A DNA stretch of 60,037 bases. It comes from Macrostomum lignano. Its lineage: Eukaryota. Every line of letters begins with the position of its first letter. Within the stretch, counting starts at the first letter, position 1. A program made the translations under genes and the position numbers. Under the pieces are notes generated by a model that saw only the letters and a program-made list of their open reading frames with translations, did not search any database and was not told the origin of the DNA. Below, in pieces: positions 47,290 through 60,037 of the stretch. The stretch covers positions 1 to 60,037 of the forward strand of contig NIVC01002549.1 in the NCBI GenBank assembly GCA_002269645.1. Reading direction: 5' to 3'.

Positions 47290-47529
47290 ATCGCTAGCGA
47301 TTCGATGGCTATTCGCCAGCGATTATTCGCTGGCGATCACTCGTCACCAAATCGCCACTGAATCGCCAACAGTTTTAAAGCAAGAAAAAATGAAATGACC
47401 AATTTTTTTTCGTGAACCACATTTGTTTGAAATCCCCAGAGGCAATATTTTGCCAAGAAAAAAAATCGCCACTAAATCGCGTCCTCGCCGGCGATTCGCC
47501 TGCGATTCGCTGGCGCCGTTCCCAGAGGG
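47290..47529. mobile_element. Single end of a DNA element with TCGC/GCGA subterminal repeats and a CCC...GGG-type terminus
   Basis: A dense aatcgcc/gcgattcgc cluster ends in gttcccagaggg. No partner terminus was found. Confidence 0.35.
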
Positions 47530-50500
47530 AAGGAATATAAATTAAATATGAATTGTTTCTACTGGCTTTTTTTGAACTTTAATCATAAAGACTAGAACTC
47601 GTATACCATCTTCTCTTCGGACGCGTAAATTTCAAGCGCAGTAAATCATTTTAAGCTGTTTAGTTGTCAAGCTTTTGTGACCTCGGAAAGCATTAATCGA
47701 CCCCTTGCAGTCTATAATCAAAGAGAAGTGCTTAGGTTATTTCAAGCTAATTACGTCTTAAAGCTTTTCTACGTGAATTACTGCGGTGGTGGCAGCGACC
47801 TACTACTTCTGGTACTATATTTAGCGAATTCGTTTATTTTATTAAGTTCTCCGCGGTAGCGACTAATCTGCAATTGGCATTGAAAGAGACAGCATCAACA
47901 AGACAAGACCGCCCGGCTACGACCACAGCTACCCTCTCCCTGAGCCTGAGGAACTTAGCAGCCTGAGCTCCAATCTGCACCCCGAGTTTGTTTAACTTGT
48001 CGAACCGCCGGAAATCCAGCACCGATTTGAACGCGGCAAGAAACAACCCCCGATCCAAATGGGTAGTTCTCAAATTAAGGTCATGATGTTTTGGTACAGA
48101 AAAAAAAGTTTTTGAATAAAGTAATTATTTTGCAAAAACGATTCTTTCGTCAATTTAATTAAGAAACTGCCGTTAAAACCACAAGAAACCAAATATTTAA
48201 GACGAAATCTAGCAATTTGTTATTTTTCGCAACGGAAAATAAAACGACCAAAAATTGTGAAATAATGCAAGTTTTCTTTTATTTTTTATAAATAAGATAC
48301 ATTTTTATTTTATGTTTACTATTTAATAAGTATTATTTCAATAGAAAATATTATTTTTAAATCAGCATTTTGTTTTTTTCGTCTAAATTGCTTGTATTTA
48401 AAATTATCGCGTAACAAGAAACACCCGAAATAATTGATATTGTACCACTCAAGAACTTAATTATTGTACTTAACACTGAAATATGAAGCTTAAAATCTAC
48501 AAAACTGGTTTAGCTAAAAATTAGGCTTGCAAAATATGTCTTTTAAAGCATTAAAAGTTCTTTGAATTAGAAATATATAGTAAATGAGCTAGGAAGCCAT
48601 TTCTTTTAAAACCTAAAATACATGTATCTTTTTTTCGAACAGACTTGCGTTTTTTTGAAAAAGAACTCAGCAAGCATTTATATTCTGCAACATAGCTTTA
48701 ATACTATTTTACTATTTTACAATACTATTTTCTTATGTAATTAGGCTGCATAACTACTAAAAGAACAGAGCCATAAATTTAAATTAAATACTTTGGTCTT
48801 GGTGAGTTGGCCTATTACAGACGTCTGACTTGGCAGCCACATGGATCACTGCAATTGCTCTGGCGAACCTCTGTAATCAATTCTGGCCCTGCACTAGCTG
48901 TCATGCTCGGTATACAATTCGTCTCATTTGATAAATTACGTCGATGCCTGCAGAACTAACCACATCCAAAGGACCGCTGCACATCTTAGCATTGTGGCAC
49001 ATACAATGATGCTGGTGTTCTGGCAGAGAAACAGGTAAAAGTGCAGCAAATGGCATTACATATCCGTCCGAGATGTGTGCAGTTTACAGTGCTTTAGCCA
49101 ATTGGGTCAGTAGAATTAAATCGATCACATTAGAATAAAAGTAGATGTTCGCTGTACATGTAACAAACCAATAGCAAGACACTATTGGATTTCTTTCCCT
49201 TCTACTGATGCTCGTACATCAGATGGCTGTCTCCACAGGCCACAGCTCATCGCATTCTCTGTTTATCGCCGCTTCAGTGCTGTCAGCCGCACTTAACTGT
49301 GTCCGGCCTCGGTATATATAGAGTCAGTCCCAATGGAAAATCATCATCTAAAACATATCTAAAGCGTAATTGTCAATCGAAGAGTAAATATAAAATATAG
49401 TATGTCTGTTATGGGACTGCCATGACTAATCTGTTAAACACTTCACAAATTCGTGTGGCAGCACTCTGTAGAGATTCCATCTTTCTGTACCATATTTAAT
49501 ATTACATTGCCAGCATCAATGGCAATTAAGTTTTTTCTTTTATCTTTTTTTTGTTAGTAGCTATATGCATCCAAAGGTGCAAAGTATCAACTGAATGTTT
49601 AAGTTGCTACATGTATATCTTTAATGAAGTGCAGCACATATGAGAATGAATTTAATGTTTCAAAGAAATTAATTTTTTGTGCTTCAGACAGATAATTTCA
49701 TTGATAATAAATCAGATGCAAAATTGTTTTAATACTATTTCTTGACTGATCAAATCATGCAACTTTTTTATTATTCGTTACTCTTATTTTCTTTTCAGTT
49801 TCTACTACCTCTTGTTTTGACTCATTATGTTTACTTGTAACTTACAATACAAATTTTAAATCAGTTAAAAAAATTTTTGAGTGAAAACAACAAAAAACGA
49901 CTGTTTTTAAGAGAAAAATAGTCGATTTTATCTACATAAATCAAATTCTGTTTGTTCTGACTAACATACGCTCGTATTGGGTGATCAATAGCAAAAATTC
50001 ATCTAAATACATAAAAAAACATCCAAAAAACCTAACAATGTGCTGAGAAAATTTTTTTTCATAACTAGAGACAAAAAAGTGGTACTTTTTCTCATCCCAC
50101 AGATGAGGACTTTGAATTAAAATAACTTTGGTGCTACTTGCTTTGTTGTAGTCAGCTAAATCTCTCTTTGTTAGGTTAATTTTGTGCTATTGAAAAAAAC
50201 TTAAAATTGAATTTAATTAACTTTTCTTTTTTATATTGAATGAAACTGCCTTAATTGATACTTTAGTGTTAGATATGACTATCTTTCTTAAAAAAACATC
50301 AGAAAACGCAGCTATTAGCTGATTCCATCAACAGAACAAATTAATTAAAAGTGGATTTTTTAATCATTAATAATGTTACGTTTCTAGCGAAAATCGAAAT
50401 AACAACATCTGCTTTGCAATCGAAAGAGTTAAATGGGTTCTAGGTTGTGCTAACCAAAGATATAAATAACATTTATCAATTTTCTTCTTTAATAAGACCA

Positions 50501-52399
50501 CGTGAACAGAATGTAGCTTCTCTAAAGTGGGTATTATAGCTCGTGCGATAATAAAAATATATATCGAAAAATGAAATAGCGCACTCTGTTGAGATTAACA
50601 TCAAAAGTTCAATGTTAAAAAAGATTAAGACCCATGAGAGGCATTTATATTTTAAGTCCTTTTAGAGCTACAATAAGAAAAGATTTAATATTTCAGGCTG
50701 ATTTTCAAAAATATTTGTTTCACTGCTTACGCTAAACTTTAAGAACGACCCAAATACATAGCTCTATAATATATTGGCCAAATAGGCTAATTGCCTGAGC
50801 CAAATTCTCTTACTACTACTTACTACAATTCTCCGATCGGTCTCCCTAAAACCAAGGACGACTTAAGTAGAAGGACGGGAAACCTCGTTTCTTAGAAAAG
50901 TTTTGAAGGCACTTTTTCCCGAAAAAATACACTACGGAGATAGGAAGTTTTCATTTTTTCAGCACAAAAATTGTTATTGCGTTTGATAGGAGGCAGATCC
51001 AGTGTTCATCTTTTGATATGTTGTGCCTTTTTTATTGCTCTATCGATATTTATAAAGCTTTTCGTTCAGAAAATTAGGATTCTATGTTAATCCTAAGCCA
51101 TTGCTTACTTTTCTGCTTTTAGACCCCTACTCTCTGGATGGCTAGACAACCAATAATCTCAAGTTGGATTATGCCATTTGTGGAAGTACAACTAGTTTTA
51201 AAGTGGCAATTGACTATAACAAAGAACTTTGCTACTAGTACATATTAACAATAGGATTACCAAGCCATTTTTCTGCCTGTCAAACTACCAAAAAGTGGAA
51301 AAATTTCTCCCTTCCTTGACAATATTTGCTGCACCATACTGGAGCAATGTAGGCACACAAAGAACTTAAGCTAACTTTTTGTTGTATACCTTCTCAAACA
51401 AGAATCAAGTTGGCGCATTCCATATAAGATGGACATATTTAGAAAATAAAAGTCAATATTTTTGCTTGTCATTGCCTTATCAGCCAATTTTTTTACTAAA
51501 TCTTTTTGTATGTAATGTATACAATCTAAGAATAAATAAATGATAAAATGTTGGATTAGTATATCATCAATTGGCAAAAAGTTATTTTTGTAAAAAATTG
51601 GACATTTTCTAAGCAAAAGACATCATTAAGTTTATGTAGGCCTACCTTTTAAAAACAAATAGAAAGCTTTAAAAGGTTAAAACAAACTATATATACCTAA
51701 AATTATAGTACTTGCATCATCAGATAAAAACATTAGCAACCATATAATCTATTATATTTTTAATATATCAGTACTTCAAAGTTACTGAATTGACAGAAAA
51801 AAATGTTACGACCATAATATTACAACCATAAGGCTGCCTTTTCTTTTGTATCTTTGTTGCCTTTTTGAGTTTATATATTCTAATAAAAGAGTATGACTTC
51901 TAAAGATATTCTTAATCAAATTTAAAAAAACTATTGCAAAATATAAAAAAATGAAAAATGTTATAAGACTTTTACCTTTTAGTTTCTATATGTCAAAAAT
52001 CCTGTTGTTACAACCATAAGTGCCATTCAAGGTTTAATAGCATCTATAAGTAATGATAATATCTATATGAAACTTTATAAACATATTCTTGACAAAATAA
52101 TCTTTCATTTAAAATATTGGTTTAGTATATTCTATTTTTAGATTTCATTTTATAAGTAAAAATAGTCTGTTATATTACAACCATAATTATATGGAATGGC
52201 CTAGTTGCCAGCCATCCAGACTGTTAAGATATTCAACAATTCTGCCAAGTCAGATTTTCCTATAAACATTAGTACAGTCAATATACCCCAGTGTGCCAAT
52301 CAGTACTATGCCTCAATATAGCCTTGCCAAGCCTCCAAATTTTATCAGCACATTGATAATGTGTCTGCATCAGCATTGACTTTGTTGGTCAGTAGCCTT

Positions 52400-53180
52400 T
52401 AACTAGGTAGAGCTTCTAGACCTTTATAAGATGGTACCAAGTGCCTATAGATACCCTAATTCGAATTTCTTTAGTTTTGCCAATCAAGCCTTGATAGTGG
52501 GCAAACCTCAATTGCTAAGTATCCTCAGCTAGTCTCTTGAGCATGAGCATTCTATCAGTATCCTGACACTGTTGGTTCCTTTAATAGATGACACTGGGTG
52601 ACTATGGACACTGGTAGGAATTTTTCTAGTTTAGCCAATCAAGCCTCAATAGTGGGCAAACATCAACTACTAGGTATCCTTAGCTAGTCTTTTGAGCATG
52701 AGCATTCCATCATTACCCCAACACTGTTGGTTCCTTTAACAGATAACACCAGGTGACTATGAGTACCCTGATACAAATTTCTATAGTTTTGCCAATCAAG
52801 CCTTGACAGTGGGCAAGCTTTAACTGTTGGACATCCTCAGCTACAGTGTAGTCTTTCAAGTATTCTGTCATTACCCCGACATTGTTGGCTCCTTCAACAG
52901 ATGACACCACGTGACTATGGATACTAGTACAAATTTCTCTAGTTTAGCCAATCAAGTCTCAATAATGGGCAAGCCTCAACTGCTGGGTATCCTCAGCTAA
53001 TCTTTCAAGCATTCCATCATTACCCTGACACTGTTGGCTCCTTCAGCAAATGACATCAGATGACTATAAGCACCCTGATGCAAATTTCTATAGTTTTGCC
53101 AATCAAGCCTTGACAATAGGCAAGCTTCAACTGTTGGACATCCTTAGCTAGTGTCAAAGCATTCTGTCATTAGCCTGATG
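52400..53180. repeat. Degenerate ~155-bp satellite, ~5 copies, alternating A/B monomers
   Basis: The anchor gccaatcaag recurs at ~52479, 52634, 52791, 52947 and 53098. Confidence 0.85.
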
Positions 53181-55068
53181 CTTCCATACCTTCAAGAAGA
53201 CAAAATTGCATGTTTCTAGCCTTTTTCTTTTATATTTAAAAAAAACAATCAAGCATTTGTTAAGTGTTGATTTTCAAGTTTTGTTTTATTATTTTTTAAA
53301 CTGCTTTCCTGTGGCTTTTTTCAATAAGCAAAATGAAGGCCTATAAAATTCATATTATGGTATAGCTTTAATAAGTTGAAATTTCTGACTTTATAATATT
53401 TTTATTGCTATATACAAGTAGAAAAATGAGGCCAACTCCTCTGCTAGAGGAGAAAAGGGAAGAACTCCTGTCACTGGAATTCCATTCCTTGAAATCCATC
53501 AGCTGAATCCCTTGACTCAAATCCCCTCATTCAATTAATCTCCAAAGAATCTCCAAAAAATCCTTTCCATAAAATTGAACATCATCAAAATCCTCTCCAC
53601 AAAATAGAAATCTTTTCCATGAAACTGAAAACCATCAAAAGCCTCACCATCAAATAAAAAACAACTCTCTGGACTTGGTGGCTAGGGTTAAGGTTAGAGC
53701 TGCTTAGAGCTATGTGTTCAAAGGTGCTGATACTATAAAAATTGAACCAAGTAAAACAATTGGTTGCACAATCAATTTCTCTGTCTGTCAGTATCAGTCT
53801 CAATTAAAGTTAACAAAATGATTGTGCAGTCTAAATCAACCCTCCAATACACAGCAACCAACCCCCTTCCACTACAGTGGCAATTAAAAATTGAAACCCC
53901 CCAACTGGTAGGGGTCAGTTGAAACCCCATTCAATCCCAAAATGTGTACAATCTTTGCAGAAAGTTAAAAGAATAGAAATTGTTTCTTTGAATGCTGTGC
54001 TTTTATTTTTCATACTTAAAGCAAAAAACTTATATTCCCAAACTCACCATTGAAAGATCTTTCTAGCAATATAAGTCTTTTCTTTGAAAGTTTAAAACTT
54101 AAGGAACAGTTTGCATTTGAACTTCCCAGTTTAAAGCATTGAATTTTTTAGTGTATATTCACTGCTTGCTACAGTGAGAGGCTTGCAAGTTTATGCATTG
54201 AATTTTACTGTTCGCCAGTTAGCAAGGGTCCAAGTGTACAAATGCAGCCACTTAAAACTCCCCAAAACCCATATTGGAGAGAAAATGCACTGCCAAGATA
54301 GGAAAAAGTTGTGGTGCAATTGCTCAAAATTGATGCAAATTTTCAGTTCAGAGCAGGAAAAGTGGCCAAAGAAGGTTAACAAACCAGTTTTCTGCTTTTT
54401 AACAGACTTAATTTAAAAAAATTCAACATTAAAATAGCCTATTTGTTGCATAGAAAAATTCTGCATTGATATATATAAGTCCCGCATTTGAGTTGGCAGC
54501 CGTCTAAGAGGACATATGCGTTAAACCTGGTCAATCGACCAGTCTACTCAGCTTTAGATATAAAGAGAAAAACTCAATTAATATAGCATGATCACAGCTA
54601 TATTGCTCATTTCAAGACTTTAAACTTTCACTTTGTCTATTTTTTACTCAAATAATATCAAAAATAAGTCTAGATATTTTGTCTTTAAAGTGGAACAGTT
54701 TATTGAATCCCTTGTGTTATTTTTGTTTTGGGCCAAAGCTCTTGCCAATGTATGAATTTGTATAAACACTAATTTCATTTTTCAACTGGTAGTATTGCCT
54801 AGTTTTGAATTTTTAAATCTCAGTTGGGATGCCATTTGTTTAGTTTTAAGGACTTATTGATGAGTAAAATGAAAAATATAAAAATCTGTATCAGATCTTT
54901 AAACTTATAAAATAAAAAATAGACTAATAATCTTCATAATAGTTTTTTTAAATGTTGAGTTGAGTGTTCCTTTTTCTTTGCCAATATGTTCTAATAGCCT
55001 TCCTCAAAATTGCTGGGGTGGGCTATTACTCGTACATTTGAATTCTGACTTTTCTGTTACCTAGAGCT

Positions 55069-58000
55069 ATGAGCGAAGACCACACGACAGTTGCTGAGAT
55101 GCAGCCGCAGACTTCCATCTGTGCAGATGGCGATGAGGCAGCACCAGAGGGCTCATCAGCGACTCAAGAGGCAGCAGAAGAAGCGGCCGCAGAACCGGAA
55201 GTGGAAGCGGATGCAGACTCCCCACCAGTGTCGCTAAAGGTCATCTTCAATAAGCGCAAGATTGACCTGACCTTGCCGGTCTCGGCTAAGGTCATCTCTC
55301 TGAAACGGCAGCTTCAGGAATTGACTGGCGTTCCGGTTGACATGCAGAAGCTCATGTTCAGAGGCCTCTGCCATGACGATCGGCGACTCAGTGAGCTCGG
55401 GGTCGGCGACGGTGCCAAGCTGATGCTCGTGGGCAGCACGCCGGACAGCTTGGCGTCGGTACGGCGTCAGGACGCGGCTGGCGAAGCGGCTGATGTCAGG
55501 TAGGCGATTCAGCTCGTGTGTGAGGTGGTGTGTCTGATTGTGGTCTGGCCGAGATTGGATGTGTCTGTCCGCTTGTGTCTGGTTGTGGCCTGGCCGAGAT
55601 TGGATGTGTCTGTCCGCTTGTGTCCGCTTGTGTCTGGTTGTGGCCTGGCCGAAATTGGATGTGTCTGTCCGCTTGTGTCCGCTTGTGTCTGGTTGTGGCC
55701 TGGCCGATATATGATGTGTCCGTGTCTGCTTGTGGCCTGGCCGAGATTGGATGTGTCCGTCCGCTTGTGTCTGCTTGTGGCCTGGCCGAGATTGGATGTG
55801 TCCGTCCGCTTGTGTCTGCTTGTGGCCTGGCCGAGATTGGATGTGTCTGAGTCTACTTGTGTCTGGTTGTGGCCTGGCCGAGATTGGATGTGTCTGAGTC
55901 CACTTGTGTCTGGTTGTGGTCTGGCCGAGATTTGATGTGTCTGAGTCCACTTGTGTCTGCTTGTGGCCTGGCCGAGATGGGATGTGTCTGTGTCCACTTG
56001 TGTCTGGTTGTGGCCTGGCCGAGATTGGATGTGTCCGTCCGCTTGTGTCTGCTTGTGGCCTGGCCGAGATTGGATGTGTCTGAGTCTACTTGTGTCTGGT
56101 TGTGGTCTGGCCGAGATTGGATGTGTCTGAGTCCACTTGTGTCTGCTTGTGGCCTGGCCGAGATGGGATGTGTCTGTGTCCGCTTGTGTCTGGTTGTGGT
56201 CTGGCCGAGATTGGATGTGTCTGAGTCCACTTGTGTCTGGTTGTGGTCTGGCCGAGATTGGATGTGTCTGAGTCCACTTGTGTCTGCTTGTGGCCTGGCC
56301 GAGATGGGATGTGTCTGTGTCCGCTTGTGTCTGGTTGTGGTCTGGCCGAGATTGAATGTGTCTGAGTCCACTTGTGTCTGCTTGTGGTCTGGCCGAGATT
56401 GGATGTGTCTGAGTCCACTTGTGTCTGCTTGTGGCCTGGCCGAGATGGGATGTGTCTGTGTCCACTTGTGTCTGGTTGTGGCCTGGCCGAGATTGGATGT
56501 GTCCGTCCGCTTGTGTCTGCTTGTGGCATGGCCGAGATTGGATGTGTCTGAGTCCACTTGTGTCTGGTTGTGGCCTGGCCGAGATTGGATGTGTCTGAGT
56601 CCACTTGTGTCTGCTTGTGGCCTGGCCGAGATGGGATGTGTCTGTGTCCACTTGTGTCTGGTTGTGGCCTGGCCGAGATGGGATGTGTCCGTCCGCTTGT
56701 GTCTGCTTGTGACCTGGCCGAGATTGGATGTGTCTGAGTCCACTTGTGTCTGGTTGTGGTCTGGCCGAGATTGGATGTGTCTGAGTCCACTTGTGTCTGG
56801 TTGTGGCCTGGCCGAGATTGGATGTGTCTGAGTCCACTTGTGTCTGCTTGTGGCCTGGCCGAGATGGGATGTGTCTGTGTCCACTTGTGTCTGGTTGTGG
56901 CCTGGCCGAGATGGGATGTGTCCGTCCGCTTGTGTCTGCTTGTGACCTGGCCGAGATGGGATGTGTCTGAGTCCACTTGTGTCTGGTTGTGGTCTGGCCG
57001 AGATTTGATGTGTCTGAGTCCACTTGTGTCTGCTCGTGGCCTGGCCGAGATGGGATGTGTCTGTGTCCACTTGTGTCTGGTTGTGGCCTGGCCGAGATGG
57101 GATGTGTCTGTGTCCACTTGTGTCTGCTTGTGGCCTGGCCGAGATGGGATGTCTGTGTCCGGGTGAGCAATTTCGCTCAAACGTTGGTCCGCAGGTCGAA
57201 AGCGAACAATCCAGGCAACTCAGATGGCGCTGGCGCGGTTCGTCTGTCGCAGCGTGACCTGCACCGCCGAGTGCTGGACAAGTACGGCCGGCCGGACGAC
57301 CTGACGCCCGGAATTCTCAATGCCAACTTGCCGCTGCCCCCGGCCCGCTTAGTGGCATGTACAATCGGCAGGGTGCCAAGGTATTTGGGGCCGTTTGACC
57401 TGAACTGCAACTAAGACTGGAGTTGTCCCACCGGCATGATAATTGCCCCTACAAAATGAGAATCACACCCCCCCCCCAAACATAAGAATCGCCTCCCAAA
57501 CATAAAAATCCCCCCAAACATGAGAATCGCCCCCCAAACATGAGAATTCCCCCCCAAAATGAATATGCCCCCCATGCTGAGAATGCCCTCCCCCAAACAT
57601 GAGAATCGCCCCCCCCCCAACATGAGAATCGCCCCCACCAACACGAGAATCGCCCCCACCAACACGAGAATCGCCTACACCAACACGAGAATCGCCCCCA
57701 CCAACACGAGAATCGCCCCCCCCAAACACGAGAATCGCCCCCACCAAGACGAGAATCGCCACCCCAAACATGAGAATCGCCCCCACCAACACGAGAATCG
57801 CCCCCCCCCCAAACATGAGAATCGCCCCCACCAACACGAGAATCGCCCCCACCAACACGAGAATCGCCCCCACCAACACGAGAATCGCCCCATCAAACAT
57901 GAGAATCGCCCCCACCAACACGAGAACCGCCAGCATCCGCCTGCCTGCCCGCAGGTTCGATTGACATTCAAGCTGGAAATCGACCAGCTGTGGATCGGAA

Positions 58001-58185
58001 CTAAGGAGCGCACCAACAAGATCCCGATGTCGTCAATCAAGCGGATAGTCAGCGAGCCCATCGAAGGCCAGGAGGCGCACCACATTGTCGGACTGCAGCT
58101 GGGCACCACAGAGCAGTCCATGTACTGGCTGTACTGGGTGCCCTGCCAGTACGTACGAGCTATTCAAACCACTATTGGTACTTGA
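55069..58185 (+). CDS. UBFD1: Ubiquitin domain-containing protein UBFD1 (N-terminal acidic region, UBL domain, C-terminal PH-like domain); 3 exons
   Basis: Exons 55069-55499, 57195-57380 and 57955-58185. Motifs are LKVIFNKRK...TGVPVDMQKLMFRGL...GAKLMLVGST; HRRVLDKYGRPDD; PLSGMYNRQGAK|VRLTFKLEIDQLWIGTKERTNKIPMSSIKRIVSEPIEG...YWLYWVPCQYV. These match the UBFD1 sequence as I recall it. There is a 1-nt deletion frameshift at ~57344-57346. Confidence 0.93.
55525..57160. repeat. 45-47-bp minisatellite filling UBFD1 intron 1 (~35 copies)
   Basis: Unit cttgtgtctggttgtggcctggccgagattggatgtgtctgagtcca and variants. Confidence 0.97.
57455..57928. repeat. ~21-bp minisatellite filling UBFD1 intron 2
   Basis: Unit caacacgagaatcgcccccac, with variable C-run length. 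Confidence 0.95.
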
Positions 58186-58529
58186 TTTGCAGAGCTGCAA
58201 AGGTTCAACTGCATGCGCGAATGAAGGCTTTCTACTTGTTACATAGTTGTGTTCCTTAGATCTACTTTCAGTTGCGTAATCATTCTGTTCCGTTCGCTCG
58301 GTAAATTATTTTTTTCTCTAATAGCGTACGCGCCCTCTGCTGTAAAACACTGCCCGAGATAAACTCTGGTCTCTATTCGCTAGGCATAATTTTTGCGGCA
58401 AGGTTTTTGCACTTTGACTGGCTGCCGCTACCCTTTGCCTACTTCAGGGGCCAAACAGTAACGATTTAAGCGCTCTGGCGAATGCTGCCTGCTGCGCTTG
58501 TGACAGAACCGCTTTCTGCTCAAATTCCC

Positions 58530-59302
58530 ACATCACGGAGATCGCCCCAGTTACTCCAGAATCCTCTCCGCCACATCACGTAGATCGCCCCAGTTACTCC
58601 AGAATCCTCTCTGCTACATCACGTAGATCGCCCCAGTTACTCCAGAATCCTCTCCGCCACATCACGTAGATCGCCCCAGTTACTCCAGAATCCTCTCCGC
58701 CACATCACGTAGATCGCCCCAGTTACACCAGAATCCTCTCTGCTACATCATTGAGGTCGCCCCAGTTACTCCAGAATCCTCCTCGCCACATCACGTAGAT
58801 CGCCCCAGTTACTCCAGAATCCTCTGTCTCACCGTGGAGATCTCCCCAGTTACACCAGAATCCTCTCTGCTACATCATTGAGGTCGCCCCAGTTACTCCA
58901 GAATCCTCTCTGCTACATCATTGAGGTCGCCCCAGTTACTCCAGAATCCTCTCTGCTACATCATTGAGGTCGCCCCAGTTACTCCAGAATCCTCTCTGCT
59001 AAATCATTGAGGTCGCCCCAGTTACTCCAGAATCCTCTCTGCTACATAATTGAGGTCGCCCCAGTTACTCCAGAATCCTCTCTGCTACATCATTGAGGTC
59101 GCCCCAGTTACTCCAGAATTCTCTCTGCTACATCATTGAGGTCGCCCCAGTTACTCCAGAATCCTCTCTGCTACATCATTGAGGTCGCCCCAGTTACACC
59201 AGAATCCTCTCTGCTACATCATTGAGGTCGCCCCAGTTACTCCAGAATCCTCTCTGCTACATCATTGAGGTCGCCCCAGTTACTCCAAAATCCTTTGTCA
59301 CA
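58530..59302. repeat. 43-bp minisatellite (~18 copies) downstream of UBFD1
   Basis: Unit acatcacgtagatcgccccagttactccagaatcctctccgcc, or the later variant acatcattgaggtcgccccagttactccagaatcctctctgct. Confidence 0.97.
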
Positions 59303-60037
59303 TCGTGACTTTATACAAAGTTAAATTTTCTGAGCACAAAAGGTCCCAGACCACCTGTGTTCATTGTTTAATGCGCCCTCATTTGTAACTCGCCTGTCCA
59401 CTATCCATTGCAGTCCTTCTAATGCTTACGTTTCGCCAATTTTATTCAAGGGCTAACTTCGAAGCTCCTCAGTTGAAATTGTTGGTTCTGTGCAACCGCT
59501 TTCTCATTTCAATTTCCCAACTTGGGAACTGAAGTACGCAATTTATTTTCTTGATTTGGTAGTTTTCGGAGCTCTAGTGAGTTTGCTTTAGTGCGTTACT
59601 ACTATTTTGTGCAGGCTTGTCAGTAGTATGCTAACTTAATCAAGCCCAGGTGCGCCCAGACAAGTGTAATATTGAGCGGCCAGTGCGGTTGGCACCTGCT
59701 GGCTGGCGGTGATTTTCATATGCATTCTCGCCGATTATGGTCAGTTTACTGTTTCTTTAATAAAAGCAGACATTGCTTGTTCTTGTGGTTTTGCCAATTC
59801 TTTCGTATTTTTTGTTTTACTTTTGCTCCCATCTCTAGTCTGTGCATACGCTCGTATAAGTCTAGAGGTCCTAGGCTCGAACTCTTATCAAAGTTCGATA
59901 CTATAGCTACTAATACTAGTTTTAGGAGGTCATTGGTTCGATGTCTATTCTTGCCATACAATATTTAGAGGTCCTTCCCTCCTCTTTCTCTCTCGAGTCG
60001 AATCCTGCGGATTCTCGAGGCCTTTTTGCCCGGTCTC

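Noticed and set aside
47834-48073. 79-aa minus-strand ORF / GC-richer island that might be an exon
   Set aside because: It has a non-ATG start, no recognisable homology and no convincing splice partner.
51412-52201. Possible TIR element (GGCGCATTCCATATAA / GGCCATTCCATATAA)
   Set aside because: The TIR is imperfect, there is no TSD and the interior is AT-rich. Chance cannot be excluded.
55234-57936. Long ORFs (up to 553 aa) on both strands within UBFD1 introns
   Set aside because: They are translations of minisatellites lying between canonical splice sites of a conserved gene.

Overview
Repeat-rich animal (invertebrate) genomic DNA. A flatworm such as Macrostomum is my guess from the minisatellite-filled introns and short introns; this is not established. 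I see no prokaryotic features, CRISPR arrays, or rRNA/tRNA genes. Left to right: (1) 1-7.2 kb is a repeat cluster: the 3' end of a LOA/I-type LINE, a 48-bp satellite, a 1.8-kb foldback element, a 3'-truncated LINE ORF1 and a 714-bp (ATCT)n tract. (2) 9.5-31.0 kb (+) is a gene of at least 35 exons and about 5,100 aa for a giant type-I membrane mucin. Its architecture is signal peptide, then 23 x [~140-aa six-cysteine module resembling a highly divergent discoidin/F5-8C domain + Thr-rich linker], then SEA domain (GSVV), TM and cytoplasmic tail. It includes a near-identical 6,226-bp tandem duplication of 8 modules, and its first exon has no in-frame ATG. (3) 31.9-47.5 kb holds minisatellites, hAT and Tc1-type MITEs, two related solo LTRs in inverted orientation and a near-complete Ty3/Gypsy element on the minus strand. 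That element has tandem tRNA-Leu PBS copies inside its LTR, a MEF2/CRE/AP-1 motif cluster and an unusual repeat linker in pol. (4) 55.1-58.2 kb (+) is UBFD1, three exons with minisatellite-filled introns. Most frameshifts across the window are 1-nt deletions, several in short runs, so they are probably read errors.
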